Shown one piece after another: positions 1 to 15,000 of a DNA stretch of 64,000 nucleotides. The stretch's first letter is position 1; each line of letters starts with the position of its first letter. This stretch comes from a virus. Its lineage: Duplodnaviria > Caudoviricetes. Under the pieces are notes generated by a model that saw only the letters and a list, made by a program, of their open reading frames with translations, did not search any database and was not told the origin of the DNA. The position numbers and the translations under genes are program-made. The stretch lies in IMG/VR virus record IMGVR_UViG_3300043447_000100, positions 1 through 64,000 of that record; one strand, 5' to 3'.

Positions 1-76
1 ACCCAGCATTTTCGTTGGGTTTGCGCTCAGTCTGCTGTGCCACAGGCGTAGATTCTGACTTATTTTCTTGCTGCAT
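1..76 (-). CDS. 5' part of a small hypothetical late protein (MQQENKSESTPVAQQTERKPNENAG...), runs off the window edge
   Basis: Open frame on the minus strand from ATG at 76 (alternative in-frame ATG at 82), directly behind a GATAAATA motif; not in the ORF track because it is truncated. Confidence 0.7.
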   Translation of the reverse strand, partial: MQQENKSESTPVAQQTERKPNENAG

Positions 77-81
77 TGTCA

Positions 82-89
82 TATTTATC
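82..89 (-). promoter_or_regulatory. gp55-type late promoter GATAAATA
   Basis: Same motif recurs before most structural genes; T4 late consensus is TATAAATA. Confidence 0.7.
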
Positions 90-91
90 TC

Positions 92-3000
92 TTATCTAAT
101 CTGCTGGTTTAGGAATTCCGCTACGCCGGTTGTCTCGATTACTAGAGGCAAGTCTACGACTCTTCTCAAGATTGAGGCAGTACTGAAGCTGTCATTGGCT
201 GAATCCGCTACGATTGTGGTTGGGAATGTAGCAGTTACGTTGCCGAATATGTCTCCAGTATCAGGATCGATATTGTCAATTTCAACCACGTTGTTTAGAG
301 TTATGACAACGTTTCCGGCATTTTGAACAACGCTACTGATAGTATATTCATTGAAAATCTGAACGTTGGCTCTCATAACTGGGTTACTAGAATCTAAAAT
401 ATCAATATTCAATGGCTCAGCAATCTCGATTGTCCAGATATCTTTCTTGACTAGCGGAACACTAGAATCCTGTTTATTTGCTGCCACAGATGCCGCGGTG
501 TATTCGACATATTCAGTGTTGTAATAACTATCAACAATCGTAAACACATTAGATGTTTCACGGGTTACTGGATTGTAATACTTGACTTCTTTGCTGTTGC
601 CAGTGTATGTGAATGTGATATCAGAGCCGACTTGAGCGTATCTAATATCAGAGTTATCACTTACTAAGAAGTTGAACTTGCCGGTTGTAGCTACAGTGTT
701 AGCAACGTTGATATTATTCACGAACGTTGCGCACTTAGTAGCACCATTGTAGAATGAAATCTTATCACCGGTGGATAGCTGTGTAATACGATCATTTAGG
801 GCAGTGCCGATAGTGTTCACGCCGTTAGTGTCGTATGAGAACGTATAAACGCCTGTGCTATTATCTCTAGCAGTAATACTACGAGTTACAACACGGTCAT
901 AGAAAGTGCTGATTGCTCGTTTGGCTGACATCTTGTTCTCTTCTAGGACACCTTGAACTTGAGCGTATTTGACAATGTGCTCAGCGATTACGTCTGTATT
1001 CTCAGTGTAATCATTAGCCGCTAGAGAGCGAGTGTAATCACGACCGCGCTGTAAGCCACTGATCTTACCAAAGTCCGGACTTGTGTAGTCAATGTTGATC
1101 TCTTTGAAGCGTAGGTTCTCGCCGTTGATTAGTACTTCGTTGCCTGATGCTACTTGTGCGTAGACCACAGAGCCTGGGTTATTGTAGAAGTATACCTTAG
1201 TAGTGTTTACGTTTGTTAGGGTGAACCATTCAAAACCTGTGTTGATACTTGAGCCGTCTGGCTTAGTAAACTTCAAGTTAGTAATACGGTCACTTTCTAA
1301 GCCGTCAATGATTGTTGCGTAAAGACCAGCGTCAGTGTCAAACGTTACGGTTCTAGCAGAGTAGTCACCAGTAGCAGAGAATGTAGCTAGAGATACGAGA
1401 GCAAACGGATCTTTGACCTTGAATGACTCAGCGATCCCATCAGCGTCATAACTTACACTTGTGATGTATGTTCTGGTATATGCGTTCTCGCGGTAGATAA
1501 CTGGAGTGTTAGGTGTACCAGTTACCGTGCTCCATGTTTGATTGATTCTGAAACGAGTTTCATTTGGACTTGCGGTCGGAACAAAACTAGTAACTAGAAC
1601 TTTATCGCCTGGTACAATCTCAGCTTCAACGATTAGTGTATTCACGCCGTTGATATCTTGTAGCTGTAGCTTACTTGCTGGGATGTATTCACGTAGGTAG
1701 TCATTGTCCTTGTCGATAACACTTACGAATAAGCGATCAACGTTAGTGAACTTGATACCAGCTGATGGAGGCGTACTTGTACGAACGATTGAGCGATAGA
1801 TTACGCCATCACGTTGAACGTATTGATTAGATTCATAACGCTGACCGTTGACCCATGTTGAGTATGTGCCTTGATAGTTTGGCACGATTTGCCAGTCGGA
1901 CAATAGTTGTGGTTGAACAACCATTGAGTTTTTAGCAATGTTCAAGCTAGGGTTGAAGTTATCAATCAACTGAACGTATGAGTTGGTGTTTGGCGTTCTT
2001 GCTGTCAATGAAGAAGAACCAGTTACCCAGAAGTCAGTTTCTGCCCATGTCAACACTTCTGTTGTTGGGTTTTTATTGACGTTAGACTTTAGAGCAACGT
2101 AGTATTTAGAACCTAAGAATACAACATCGCCGTCATAGTATGTAGTTGTGTTATTCCATACACGATTGACCGTAGGATCAACGTTGTACAAATACATCTG
2201 ACGAGTTACGTCCTGAACAGAACTGCTGTCAAAATAGTTTACAGTACTCACATAGAACTTACGATTGTTCATACGGAACGCTGGGTTGATGCCCTCGCCT
2301 GATACGAATACTAGTTGACCGTTCAACAAGTTGTGAGGATTGTCGAATGTGACTAGTGGTGGCTGAGTTGAGTCGATTTGTAGACCCTTGAAGAAGCCGC
2401 CGGCAGTCTTAGCAAGTGTACTGTTGAATACAGGAATGTATGACACGGTTGCGTCAGTAATGCGCTGTGTTGACAACTTCTGGTCAGTAGTTCTGCCAAA
2501 TGTGGTGACAGAAATAGTTGATGTTGAGGTCGGGAACACTTGTGTCAATACGTTGATCTTACCGCCGATCTTGTTAGCGTTTGTGGTGATCGTGTACAAG
2601 TCTGGAGGTGTTTCACCAGGAACTTGATATGATAAGGTAACAATGTCGTTCTCATATAGAGGTGTTTCGTTAGGGTTGAAAACAACGTTGAATGAGAACT
2701 TGTTGTCGAATGGTGTACCATCGTCAAACAAACCTGTAAAGATTTCTGAGGCAGAGGTCAATGCCCAATCGGTTGGCGTGTTGGCAGCTGGTGGTTTATT
2801 CGTGTTGCTTGTTACTGCTCTGTATAATGAGCTACCAACTACAACTACATAACCGATATCATAAGTTAGCGCACTGTCCCAATCTTGGAAGAAGTTAGCG
2901 TTAATAAAGTCAGCGTCGAACTGATAGAATGTACCACTTTGGAAGTCGTAGTTTACGTTCCAGTTTACCTTAGTAGCATCTGCTGGGTCAACTTGTGGAA

Positions 3001-6000
3001 TTTCTGCGCCGTTAACCTGTACAGTGAAGTAACCGATGTCAAAGTCACTGATACCATAAACTGGTGCTGGGTATGATACTTGTGGGTTCTTATCAACGTG
3101 AATAATCTTACGATACACTTGCGTTGGTGCTGGACCGTCGTAACGTAGGCCGTTGATTTCAACGATCAAGTTGTTCTGAGTACTGAAAGTCATGCCCGCA
3201 ATGTAGCCGTCAGTTGTAACAACGTCTGCTGTACCGCCGAAGTATGAACTCAACTTGAAGTATGTGTAACCGTCAGTTGACTGAACAGTGTCACTGATAG
3301 CAATGTAATAGACCTTAGGTGAGTTGTAGCCTACGATTGTAGCTAAGTCACCTACTAGTGTCCACTGATGTGTGCCAGTGCCGATTGTAAAGCCTTTGCC
3401 AGCAATAGTGTTGCCGTTGACAGAATAAACTTTACCGGCGGTGCCGTTTGTGCCGTCACCAGCGATTCTGTCGCCTTGATGATACTTCTTAGTATTGTCA
3501 AACTTTTCACTAGTACCTGTTAGAGTAATAGTCATGCCTTCTTCTAAGCGAGTAGTAGAAGCACAACGGAAGATGCCGTTCTCAATACGATCAACAGTGA
3601 TAGCACTGTAGTTATCGTCGCCCAAGAACTCTGTTAGTTCTAGGGTTGTGCGTTGAACTGTCTTCTCTTTAGCAAGCGTGAATACTAGACCAGTTGTGGT
3701 ACCAGCAGTAGTTGTTACTGCGCTACCGTCTTCGTTCACTAAGGTGAATGATGACTTGCCGTTTGTAGCACTCAACTTGTAAATCTTAGAACCACTCGAG
3801 GCAGTACTAAAGCCAGAGATTGAACCAGTGCCGCTGTAAGTAGTGCCACTTGGTAGTGTTACATACATTGTTAGCTTGGTCAAGTCTGTTGATAGCTGTG
3901 TACTCTGGCAAGTAAACTGACCGCCTGTGCCCGTGATAGCAACGTTGCGCAGTGCTAAGTTGATAGTCTCAGTAAAGTTAGAAGAAGCGCCTTGTGTTGA
4001 TACAATGTGCTGAGTTACAGGAACAGAGATGCCGCCCTGACGCTTATCTGTAACCTTGATAATGTCGCCAAAGTTGATATCTTCGTCAGCAAATGTAACT
4101 GTTAGTGTTGTGCCTACAGTTACTGCAGTGTAGTCAGCAGGAGTTAGAATCGCATCGTTCTTGTAGATAGCGATATCAGTAACATCACCGACAACAGGAA
4201 CTTGGTACTCAAGTTGCTTAGCTGTCGCATTGTAAAGAGTCTTTAGAACGCCGTTCTCAAGAACTTCGCCATGAGTGCCGCCAACAACAAAGTGACCTAG
4301 AACGTTCGTAGCAATAGCAAATGAAACGAAAGTGTCGGTAGGTACATAGAACTTGTTGAACACAATCTTGGCTGGGTTGAACGGATCGTTGACAGGATCT
4401 AGAGCACGAACAGGTTGAATACTGTAGTGGTGACCGTAGTTGATACTTGCTGGATCAGTTTCGCCATAAGCAGCGTCAGTAAAGTTAGTGATGTATGTTA
4501 GGCGCTTAGCGTCACTTGAACTTGTGCCCATGTGAACCATGACTGATAGCCAGTAGTTTTCGTCAGATGGTAGATCGATCTGACTGTATGGGATATCAAG
4601 TTCAATCTCACTGTGATACTGATTTGTCTTACCGTAGTCTTTGACTGAGCGTAGTGGGTAGTTATCAGTAGTACCGCGAACTAAGTGAACGCCGTTGCCG
4701 TACTCATAAACAACGATATCAAATGTATCGGTACCTGGAGTTACAATCTCCACATACTGATCGACCCAGTTTACTGTGTACTCGGCAGTGATGCCTGGGT
4801 TATCAGTTTGTGGGATTAGTCGAGTCTGTGTAATACCTACGTTTCTGTAAACTGTTACTGAAACAGGGTTAGCAACTACATCACGGAAAGAAATCGCACT
4901 TACGCCAGAGATAACTGTGCCGTCTTTGCGCTTGATTGCGCCTTGAATAGCACCCTTGATCTTGACCATGTTGAAGCCAGTGTGTGCCATGTTTGTAGTT
5001 GTTACTGCGCCCTTAGCAGTCAAGTTTTGATTCCATGTAGCGCCAGCGATTGTCTTGACGGTCATGTTGATACCGTCTGTAACGACACCAGCAACTAGTT
5101 CTTCTGGTGAGAAGCCGTATTCAAAGTCCATGCCTTTAATATCAATCTCTTCACTCATGCCTGGGTTGCCTACTAAACTGTCATACACGATAGTTGATAG
5201 TTGGCCGGCGCCTAGTGTTAGTAGCGGAACACGATTGTAGTCGTTCTCTGCTTCGTCTTTTGATTCGTAGATAGCAACAGAGTTGTCGTCTACAACTGCC
5301 ATCCAGTAGTTGACATTGTTGATTAGACCAAAGTCAGTTTGTGGGTAACTGTCAGAGTAGATGACTTCTGTTACGGTGCCGATAGGATCATCGATAGGAT
5401 CAGCAAGAGCAATAACTGTTTGTGGCTTGACTAAGCGACCTAGAGTACCTCGTGGCACTGTGACTTTGTTCAAGTTAGCAGTAGCATCGTTAGGTGTAGG
5501 GTGTAGAGTAATCTTGTTGCCTACGTTACGAGCATAGTAGTATGACGTTGTTCTTGCTGTTGGTGAAGTGTAGATAGCTTTGACCAAGTCGCCAGTTACG
5601 TAAGTTGTCTCTAACGTTGGTCTAGCATTAGCTGAAGCATAGTAGTCGCCTCTAGCATTTGCTGGATACGGCACAATAGTGATGCTCATTGGCGGCTGTG
5701 GAGTCGTAGATGGAGAGATAGGAGCTCTTGTGTCAGTATCAATGTAAGTTACTGCTGGGCCGCCGAATGTTTCAGCGATTTTGATTTTGTTACCAGATTC
5801 TACTGACTGAACATAGAACTGCTTCTTGCCGTCAATGTTGCCAAAAACGTCAGCCGTATTGAACTGAACAATGTAGCCAGTAGCAATATTTGCTGTTGTT
5901 GCTAAGGTAATAGTGCCACCTGTAGTTGTGCCGGCGTCTGTTCTAGTACCTGTTGTACTGAATGTGTTATCAATTACTAGACTGCCCCAACCAGTAGCGT

Positions 6001-9000
6001 TAGCAGTAATAGTAACGCCTGTTAGCGTGATGGCACGAATACCTGAATCAACACTAGCAATAGTGTATGGCACGTTGTAGTCTAAGGCTTCTTCATCAAT
6101 TAGGTCAGCAACAAAGCGAACTTTGTTACCTACTGCTAGTGTAGCAACATCATTCAAGATGATAGCGTTGTTGCCAGTGTAGCAAGCGATAGCAACAGGA
6201 ACACGAGTTGTTGTAAACTCACTACTACCGTTTACGCTAATGATTGCTTCTTGGTATGACGCAACACGCGGCTCAGTAGTGTAAATTGTGATACTGTTTG
6301 TGTCCAAGTCAACTTGATTTGGTACGAATGTATAAGTCTTGCCTTCTGAGAATGAGGCATCTTTTACAGTTTGATATGGGAACTTAGTACCGCTCATCAA
6401 CTGTGACATATCACTTGTAGTAAAGCCTGGCATATTAGCACGTGGCTTGTAGAAACCTACAATGCGATCAAGGGCGTTTAGAGAAATATCGCCGCCGTCG
6501 ATTTCGTCCCAGTATTTGAAGTCAAACTCTCTAGTTAGTTCGTCAGTCTTTAGGTCAATGTTAGCGCGGAATACTGAGCCAGAGAACACAACTAGGTCAC
6601 CCTTGCTGTAGTACTTGCCCTTACTCCAATCTTTAGAGTCCCAGCCACCTACGCCCCAACGTGTGATTGATGCTTCCCAGTCTGTTGCGTTTGACTTGAA
6701 TGATGTGCGATCAAACTTCATCGCAACTTTCATCTCACGAACAGGAATGTTGTCGGTGTAAATCTTGACACGAGCAGTAACGCCTAGTGTGCCAGCAACT
6801 TGATCGCCTTCAGCAAAGTTGACACGATCTTTATCTGTCTCAGGTACTGCTGAGATTGATAGCAATGAACCTACCACAACACGAGTATCGTTTAGACCAG
6901 CACGTGCTTCCTCTAGTGTGCTATGTAGGGCGATGCGTTGTTGACTTCTGTAGTTTGATTCTACTAGGTCAGTACTTGCTACGCCAATTGTTTCAACATA
7001 GTAGTATTCAGGAACATCTGGTGTTCTTTCGGTAGTTACTCTTACATAATCACCGGTTCTGAATGGTAGATTATCAATAGAGGTTTCATCTTCAAGAGTT
7101 ATGAATGGATAACTCTTGACTAGTGGATTGCCGCCAATAGGGTTAGGATATGTAACATAGAGTGGGTCACTCATTAAGGTTGGTGACCATGTTACAGATT
7201 GAACGCCGTATTCTATTTCGGTAGTTGTGTAGCCTGTTAGACTATCCTTGTAGCTATCGTAAAGAGCAATATGCTTGTCATCAACAATCTTTAGATAGTA
7301 GTAGCGGTAGTTCTTCAAGCCTTGAGTAGCACTGTCATCTTGAATATTGACTACGGTTACGCAGTCACCGTCCTGGAAATTGTGACCTACCATGTAGATT
7401 TGACTTAGAACGTGATCGACCTGTGTTGAGTTGAAGAATGAGTTGATTGAACTCTGTGATACTCTGACTTCAGGTAAGGTTGGGTAACCGCTGCCTGGCT
7501 CAACAACTTCAACTGAACGAACATAGTCACTCTCTAAGTGAGCGTGTAGGATAGCTTCTGTTCTTACGCCGTAAGGATACTCTGTTGTGTCGTAGTAAAC
7601 TGAAACTTTAGGCGCAGAAATATAACCGCGGCCTTCGTCCATGATGTTTGTTAGTGTAGGCAATAGATACACTAGTGTGCCTGCTTCGTGCGGCAATACT
7701 TTGATGTATGTAGTGTTGCGGCGTAGATCACTGATAGTGTTAGTCTTGCGATCTAACTTGTTGTATTCAATGACTTCATCACCGATCTTGACCGTGCCAA
7801 ACGCTGGTAACACGCCAGTCTCGTCTAGTACCATATATATGTCAGTGTTCTTTACAAGATATGTTAGAGAACTTACTAGAACTTTAGCAGTTTGTGAGTT
7901 ACTGATACTTAGACCGTGATTTGCTAACCAGTCTTGATAGATTGTCTGAGTCCACTCAGCATCATCTTTGGTGTACTGATTATCTGCAGTGGCGGCTGCG
8001 TTAGTCAACAATAGCTGTGGTGACTCGAACTTAGCACGAGAGGTGATGTAGCGACTTGGCAAATCAAAGTCGGTAAAGCTGCCTTGGTATGTCTCAATGT
8101 CATCATAGTGGAATGCGAACGCTTTGATATGAACGTGATAAGGCTTGACTTCGTTTAGATAGCCCTCAACAAGTTGAGTTGCGTCACGCTGATACTTCTT
8201 ATATGGCTTCAACTGACGAATAGTGTGCTCAACGTCAACAAGACTTGTCTTGTTCAACCATGTTAGATAGTTCTGATCTTGTAGAGCTTCACTCTGAATG
8301 TAGTTGAACATTGTAATCAAACTTTGATTGCGTTCGATTGTTGTTTCGTTTTCGTAAAGTTGTTCATTGATCCAGCGAACGATGTAATAGATTTCTTTCG
8401 ATGGGATCGGATCTGTTTGTGTGTACAACTTGCTCTTGATTTTAATTGTGCTGTCTTGTAGACCAACACGAGTCCAACCATCTGCTGTACTGTAAACATA
8501 GATTTCATTTACACCGGCGCCATTCTTAGCAACACGAACAACTAGACCGTCAGAGATTGTTGTTGTGCCTGTAGCGCCAACATATAAGCCACCAGCACTT
8601 AGTGTTAGTAAGTCTGTGTATGAGTCAACTTCAAACATAACTTTAGTGTCAGCACTGTAGCCGTCTGCCCACCAATATGTGTATTCCCAGTACTCAGCCG
8701 TGTCAAACAACTTGCCGCTCATTGAGCCAAAGTAATCGTTTAGCTGAATTGCTGAACCGCCTGGTGTTGCACTCAAGCGAATGTATTGACCGTATATGTC
8801 AGTACCGATAGTAGAAACGCCTGATGCTTCTTTGATATAGTAAGTTGTGTTTACTGCTAGACCGCCGTAAGCGTTGTCTTTGAATGTAATAGGCTGACCT
8901 GCGTATAGACCCGTTACTTTTGTGCCGTCGCTGTTGCTGATGTACAATCTAGATGTGCTGTTAGCAGTAACTTCTACGGTGATATATTGCTCTTGATTCA

Positions 9001-12000
9001 ACAAATAAACACCGCGAATTTCAGAGATAGGATATTTTGCTGCCACGTTGTTAGCATATTGAACAAAGTTCTTTAGTGCTAGTGCGCGGTCAATAAACAT
9101 GCTCTGACGAGGACGGAATGATGTGCCGTAACGAGCTAATGCTGGTAGTGCTGGGTCAGGAACAACTGCGCCTGTCAAGTCTAAGCCCATGAATGAAGTC
9201 AAGTACTTCAAGTACATACCGGTTGGTTCATCTAAAACGTTCAATGGTAGACCTTGTAAGAAGCTACCGTCATCACCGTCTTGAATTAATGACCAGTCTG
9301 TGTGACCTTGATCAGGATTTGAACCGATACTGTAACCCAAGTGTAGAGCAGTGCTGCCGTCTTGAATTGAATCTTGCGTATTGAACAACGCAATAACGTT
9401 TGTTGTTAATGCGACTAAGAAAGGAATACCACTTGACTTAGGATCAAGAATATATTGAGCTAAGTTAGCAGGACTGATTGTCTTGCCTTCTGGAATTTCA
9501 TCATAATTTTTTACCCAGAAATAGAATAGATACTTGGTTGAGTTTGTTGAATTATCAAAGTATTGTGTTGTCACGAACTTGTCTAAGTTAGTAACATAGC
9601 CTGAGCCTTGATAATCAGTAGGGGTGACTGTGCTTTCTACCCACGTGTAGATGCCGACAGTACTGCCTGGGAACGCTTTGCCAAAATACTTTGAGTTGTA
9701 AGCAACATCGGCTACGATAGTGTCAGTGGCAGCATCGTGATACGTCTGGTTGTAGTTCATCATACGTAACTCGGTAGTATCGATCCATACGTGACCTACT
9801 TTATTCTTAGCCCAGATTACACCTGAAGTATAGTCTGCAGGATCATGTGAGCCGATATAGTCACTATTGATCTCAATAGCACTCAACATCTTGCCTTGAA
9901 CAGGGTCAATATAATCTAAGTATTCTAAAGTTGAGTTTGTTAGGGTATCATATAAGGATACTGAAGTTAGACGGTTAGCATCTACTTGTGGTAGGCCGCG
10001 TTTGTTTTCGTACCATGTAGAGTGACGTACTGATGCTGTTGATGATTTAGGATCTTCTGCGCCTAGCGTAAAGCGTAGGACACGACCAGCGCCGTTCTCG
10101 TACCAGTTCTTAGAACCGATAACGATTACGTTTTCATGATAAGCGATTGCTTCGCCATAGCGAGATACTGTGGCTTTTGCGCCTCGAGCAGTAATTTCGG
10201 CTGCTGATTGTGTGATTGGGTTACAGTATTGACCGAATACAAACATGCCAGGCTTATCTGCGCTTTCTTCTGCTGTAGGCATGTAAACATATTGATAAAC
10301 GCTACCAGCATTTTCAGTTTCTTCTACAAATGTAGTTGCGCCGTTGTCAAAGATTGTATCGTTTGCTTCGTAGTCGTCTGTAAAGTCAAATGTTGTTTCT
10401 GATAGTGACTTGTCGTTAGGAGCACCAACTAAGATAGCATCTGTTAGTTTGCCTGGTAGTCTAGACATAGCAACAGTGTAGCCGAACTGACCTACGCTAT
10501 CGTAATCAATATCATAGATAGTTTGTATATTAGTGTACGCGGTGATACCTAAGTTTGTTAGGTCAGTCATAGTAGCACCAACAAGGTCGATCTGGTCGTC
10601 AGCGGTAGCAGTTGTGCCTGGCTTGTTAGTGATTGTGATAACGTCAGTAGTGTTACTGTAATCAGCAACAACGTTAGTAGGTTCGATTGAGTTGATTTGA
10701 TATGCTACACGATTGCGAGGTGATGCTGTGTAGCCTAGTGCTACGATAGCAGTATCATCATTCATGTCTTGTGAGTCATAAGGTACAGCAAAGCCGTCGA
10801 TAAAGATTGTACCAAAGACATTAGCAGTGCTTGATACCGTAGCGTAAACTTTGCCGTAGCGTTGACCTAAGTTAGTCCAGCGATATACAGCGCCTTGAAC
10901 GTTTTGATGGTCATCAACGTTGTTCATTTCGTACGGTGCGCCTACAAATACTTCAGCGCCGTATCTGCTTGTGGTAACTGACTTGCCGTATTGAATGCCG
11001 ATGTTAGGGTTCTTACTTACAGTTACTTGTTGTAGCACTAGGTTACTGAAATCAACGTAGATAGTTGAGCCTACTGGTGGTGCCGTGTTGAATCTTAACG
11101 TTGTATAATTTTCAAATGAGTAGTCGGTAGTAGGAATCAATTCACTGTTGATGTACACTGCGACTGCGCCGACTCGAGGCTTAGCTGTAGTGTTTTTATC
11201 AATAATACTAGTTTCAATAGTAAAGACTTGCTTGCCGATAATGTCTTGAATATAAGAACGTGAAGCACGATCATAGAAGTAAACTGTGCCCTCGTTTGAG
11301 CCTTTAGTGCCTACTGCTAGTGGAGCGCCTACGATTAGTTTAGAACCGTCAGCCGATGTAGTTAGTACTTTGCCGAAACCCCAGCCGCTTGTAGGCGCTT
11401 GTAGTTTGTTGACATAGTGGAATGTTGTGCCGTCAAACTTGTAAACGAATACGCAGTTAGCGCCGCCTAAGTAGACCCACTGTGTTTCAGTGTATGTTGT
11501 GTTGCCTGTGTTTGCCTTGTTTGACTTTACCGCATCACTAACGCTGATAACGCCGTTAGCAACGATCAAATCAGCGTGTGTGACTTCTGTTAGTTTGTAG
11601 TATGTGATGCCGTTGTTTTTCTCTGAACTACCGAAGTCGACCATGAAGAAGCCAGTGCCTGGGTTAGCAATGTAGGCACGATCAGTAATCACCGTTCTTG
11701 TGCCGTCGGCATTTAGTGTGATATCATATGTACAAGTAGCAACAACTTGTGCTACTGATGCGTCTTTTAGAGACATAGTAACATCGTAGGTTGTTATGGC
11801 TGGTGTGTCGTTTGACACTGTGTAGAACTTGACAAGACCGCCGTTAGCATAAAGCACATTGTTGCCTAGAGTTAGCACACGATCATTAGCATACGCTACT
11901 GATGTACCATAGTAAGCGTCGGCACTGTATGTGTCTTGTGCTACGGTCGTAGAAAAATCATAATTTTTTGGATAAGTGTACTGATACTCTGGTGTGCCTT

Positions 12001-15000
12001 CATAGACCGCCCAGTTGCCGGTACTATCATCGTCGATCCAGCGCAAGCGTGAAGCAAACTCACTGTACTTGACATGATTAGATGCTTTTGCTAGGTCACT
12101 TGCTTGTGCCATGCGAACTGCTTGTAACTTGAATGTGATGCCAGTGCCAGTCAATGACTTGACTGTTTTAGCAAGTGTAATAGGTAGTACGATTGTTGAA
12201 AGTGAAGGTACTGAACTTACTTGATAGTAGCCGTCAACATTAGAGTTGAAGTCAATAATAGTAATAGGATCGTTAGCAACAAGACCGTGGGGCTGAGCAA
12301 ACTCAACTGTTACTGTTTTGTTGAAGTTGTTAGTAACTGTTGAAACTGTTGTGCCGATACTAACAGGCGTGAATACATTCCATGTGTCTTTGTAGTTAGC
12401 AACCCAAACATAGTCGCCTCTATACAACTTAGAAACCGCGTCAGTAACATCATTCAAGTCACTGAGTGTGTATGCTTGCCAATCAGTGTCATCAATGTTT
12501 ACGTAACCGGCAGTAGGCAGACCACGCTCATCGTTGTATGCTGATGTGAATAGTGGCAAGAAGTTTGCGTTTACTGGTGGGCGTTCAAAGTTGATTAGTT
12601 CATTCTGATAACTGTAACCAGTAACATCAACATTATCTTTTAGTTTTGTATCACCAACAGCAACTTTTTGGCCAACTGAAGGCATTGATACTAGTGATAC
12701 TGTTGCTGACTTAGATACACCGTTGATAGATGTAGAAATAGTAGGCGCTGGCGATGAGTCACCAAAGCCGATTGTGCTTGGGTTGCCTGTTAGTAAGTTC
12801 TTGTAGAGTTTGACTTCAACAAAGTTACTGTTGAGTACACTGCCGAACTGACCGTTCAAGATTGCCCAGTTTTCACGAACGTCATAGTCTAGTTCGCCTT
12901 GTAGTGGAGTAGCACCAACGAATGTCTCGGCAGTAGCCTTTGTGCCTTTGCCCTGAATCATTTGTTGATACAAGCGTACTTGTGCTGTATCAGTTAGCGC
13001 GGCGTCAGCAAAGAACTTGCGAGGACGGAAGCCGATTAGACCGAACGCTAACAAGTCTTCGTCTTGCTCTAAGTTTGCTTGCTGTGGGTTATACAAGGCA
13101 ATACTTTCACTAGCGATTGTACTTGGGTTAGGTAGCAAGCCTTGGCGAATGTCGTCATAATTAGACTGTGACCACTGTGTGTAGTCAAAGTCAGAGCCTG
13201 CTTCGATTAGTTCGATTGCGCTCCAATATTCGTTCTTGTAGGTAACGATTTGACCTTTAGCGTACTTGTTGCCCTTGCTCCACTCTTTGATATCTGATTG
13301 ATTTAGAATAAAGCCGTGAGCGTTTACATAGCCGCTCCAGTTTGCGGTTTTCTGGCCCTGAATAATTAGACGAGCTTGACGTAGACCACTTGCTGGTGAG
13401 TAGATTGTGTCACCGAAGATTGTTTGATTGTCGAATACAACTGCGTGTTCGATTGTTGCTAGGTTGATGTTAGTAAACGCAACACTGTCGCCATCACTTA
13501 GAATACGAACGGTTAGTGTTTCGTTGTCACGAATAACAGCCATGTCTTGATGTGCTAGTGGCACTAAGTTCTGATTGAGAACAAAGTTTTCATCGCCTAG
13601 TGTTAGAGGTTGTGGTACTGTGCCTGCTTTGTATGCTTTGAATTCACGAGCGTTAGGGTTCAAGGAGATAGTTGAACCAACTTCCCACTCTTGTTGTGCC
13701 CATGCTAAGAACTCTTTGATCATTAGATTCCAGTCTACCTGATCAGTACCGCGTAGATTGTCAAAAATCACGCCGTGTTCTGCTTGCCAACGACCATAGT
13801 TGCGAATGAACTCTGATACGCCTTGTGTAGTGTAGAACTCTGTGCCATAAGCGATAGGAACAGTAGACGTTGGGTCGTACACTGTTGATAGTTCAACTGA
13901 TGCTCTATTGATTGTAATCTTCTCATACAAGCCTGCTTTAGGCTCTACTGTGTGAAAGTATGGATCAACTAAACTGTTGCCCCAAACTTGATAACCAGAG
14001 TTAGTCTTTTGAATGATAACGCTTGAATAAACTACTGTATCAACAGGCACATCATCATACAATAAGATGCTGTAGCTGTCGTCAGGAATCACTAAGTTAG
14101 TTTGTGTAGCACTTGGTGCTGTGTTCTCAGTTAGGAAACGCAAGAACTGTTTGTCAGAGAAGCCGCCGATCTTATAGATCATACGAACATCTGTGTTTTG
14201 TAGAGCAGTCTGTACTTGTTCTTGACCGCTGTTGCCGTGACGCTTGATGTAGTCAACTACCCAGTTCATATAACTGTGTTTAGCAGTGCCAGCACCATAT
14301 ACTGTTAGTTGTCGTGGGTCTAAACGATAGCGGTCGTTGAATACGAACTGCTGTAAGTCTGAGTTGTACTTGTATGTGTCTAAGTCAGCACATAGGTTGT
14401 AGAAGTCTGCTGGTCTGAATGTTGATAGTAGTTTTACTAAGTCAAACGGCCAGGTTGATGAACGACGGTATGCTGCCTCTGTTGGGCCCATGTCACCTAC
14501 TGTCCAGTCACGGTTGAATGTTAGACTGTCGTAGTTGCCAACGATGCGCTCTAGTGGGTCAACTAGTTCACCTAGTTCGTTGACAGGTAGTGCGTCTAGT
14601 AAGCCTGGACGAACAAAGCGTTGATTTACGATTGGGTTGCCGTCGTTCCAGATTAAGCCGTCAGCAATGTCTTGCCACATTACTTCGTTGCCTGATGTGT
14701 ATGGCGCAACGCCGTAGCGTGATTCCCACCATGTTGGCTTGTCTGCTAAGCCTAGCATTTGCCATGGTTGACGAGCTGGGTCTACTGTGTCATAGAACCA
14801 TTGATAGATACCGCGCCAGCCGCCTTGCTTCAACAAGCCGCCTGATAGTTTGTTTGTGCTCTTGCCATAGTTGTAACTAAACTTGTCGTTGCGGATAAAT
14901 GTTTGCTTGCGCCAGTTACTGATTCTGTTTCTACCAACCCATGATAAGAAGTTCTTAGTGTACGCTGGTAGTAGTTCTTCAAATGTGTAGTGTGTTTTTC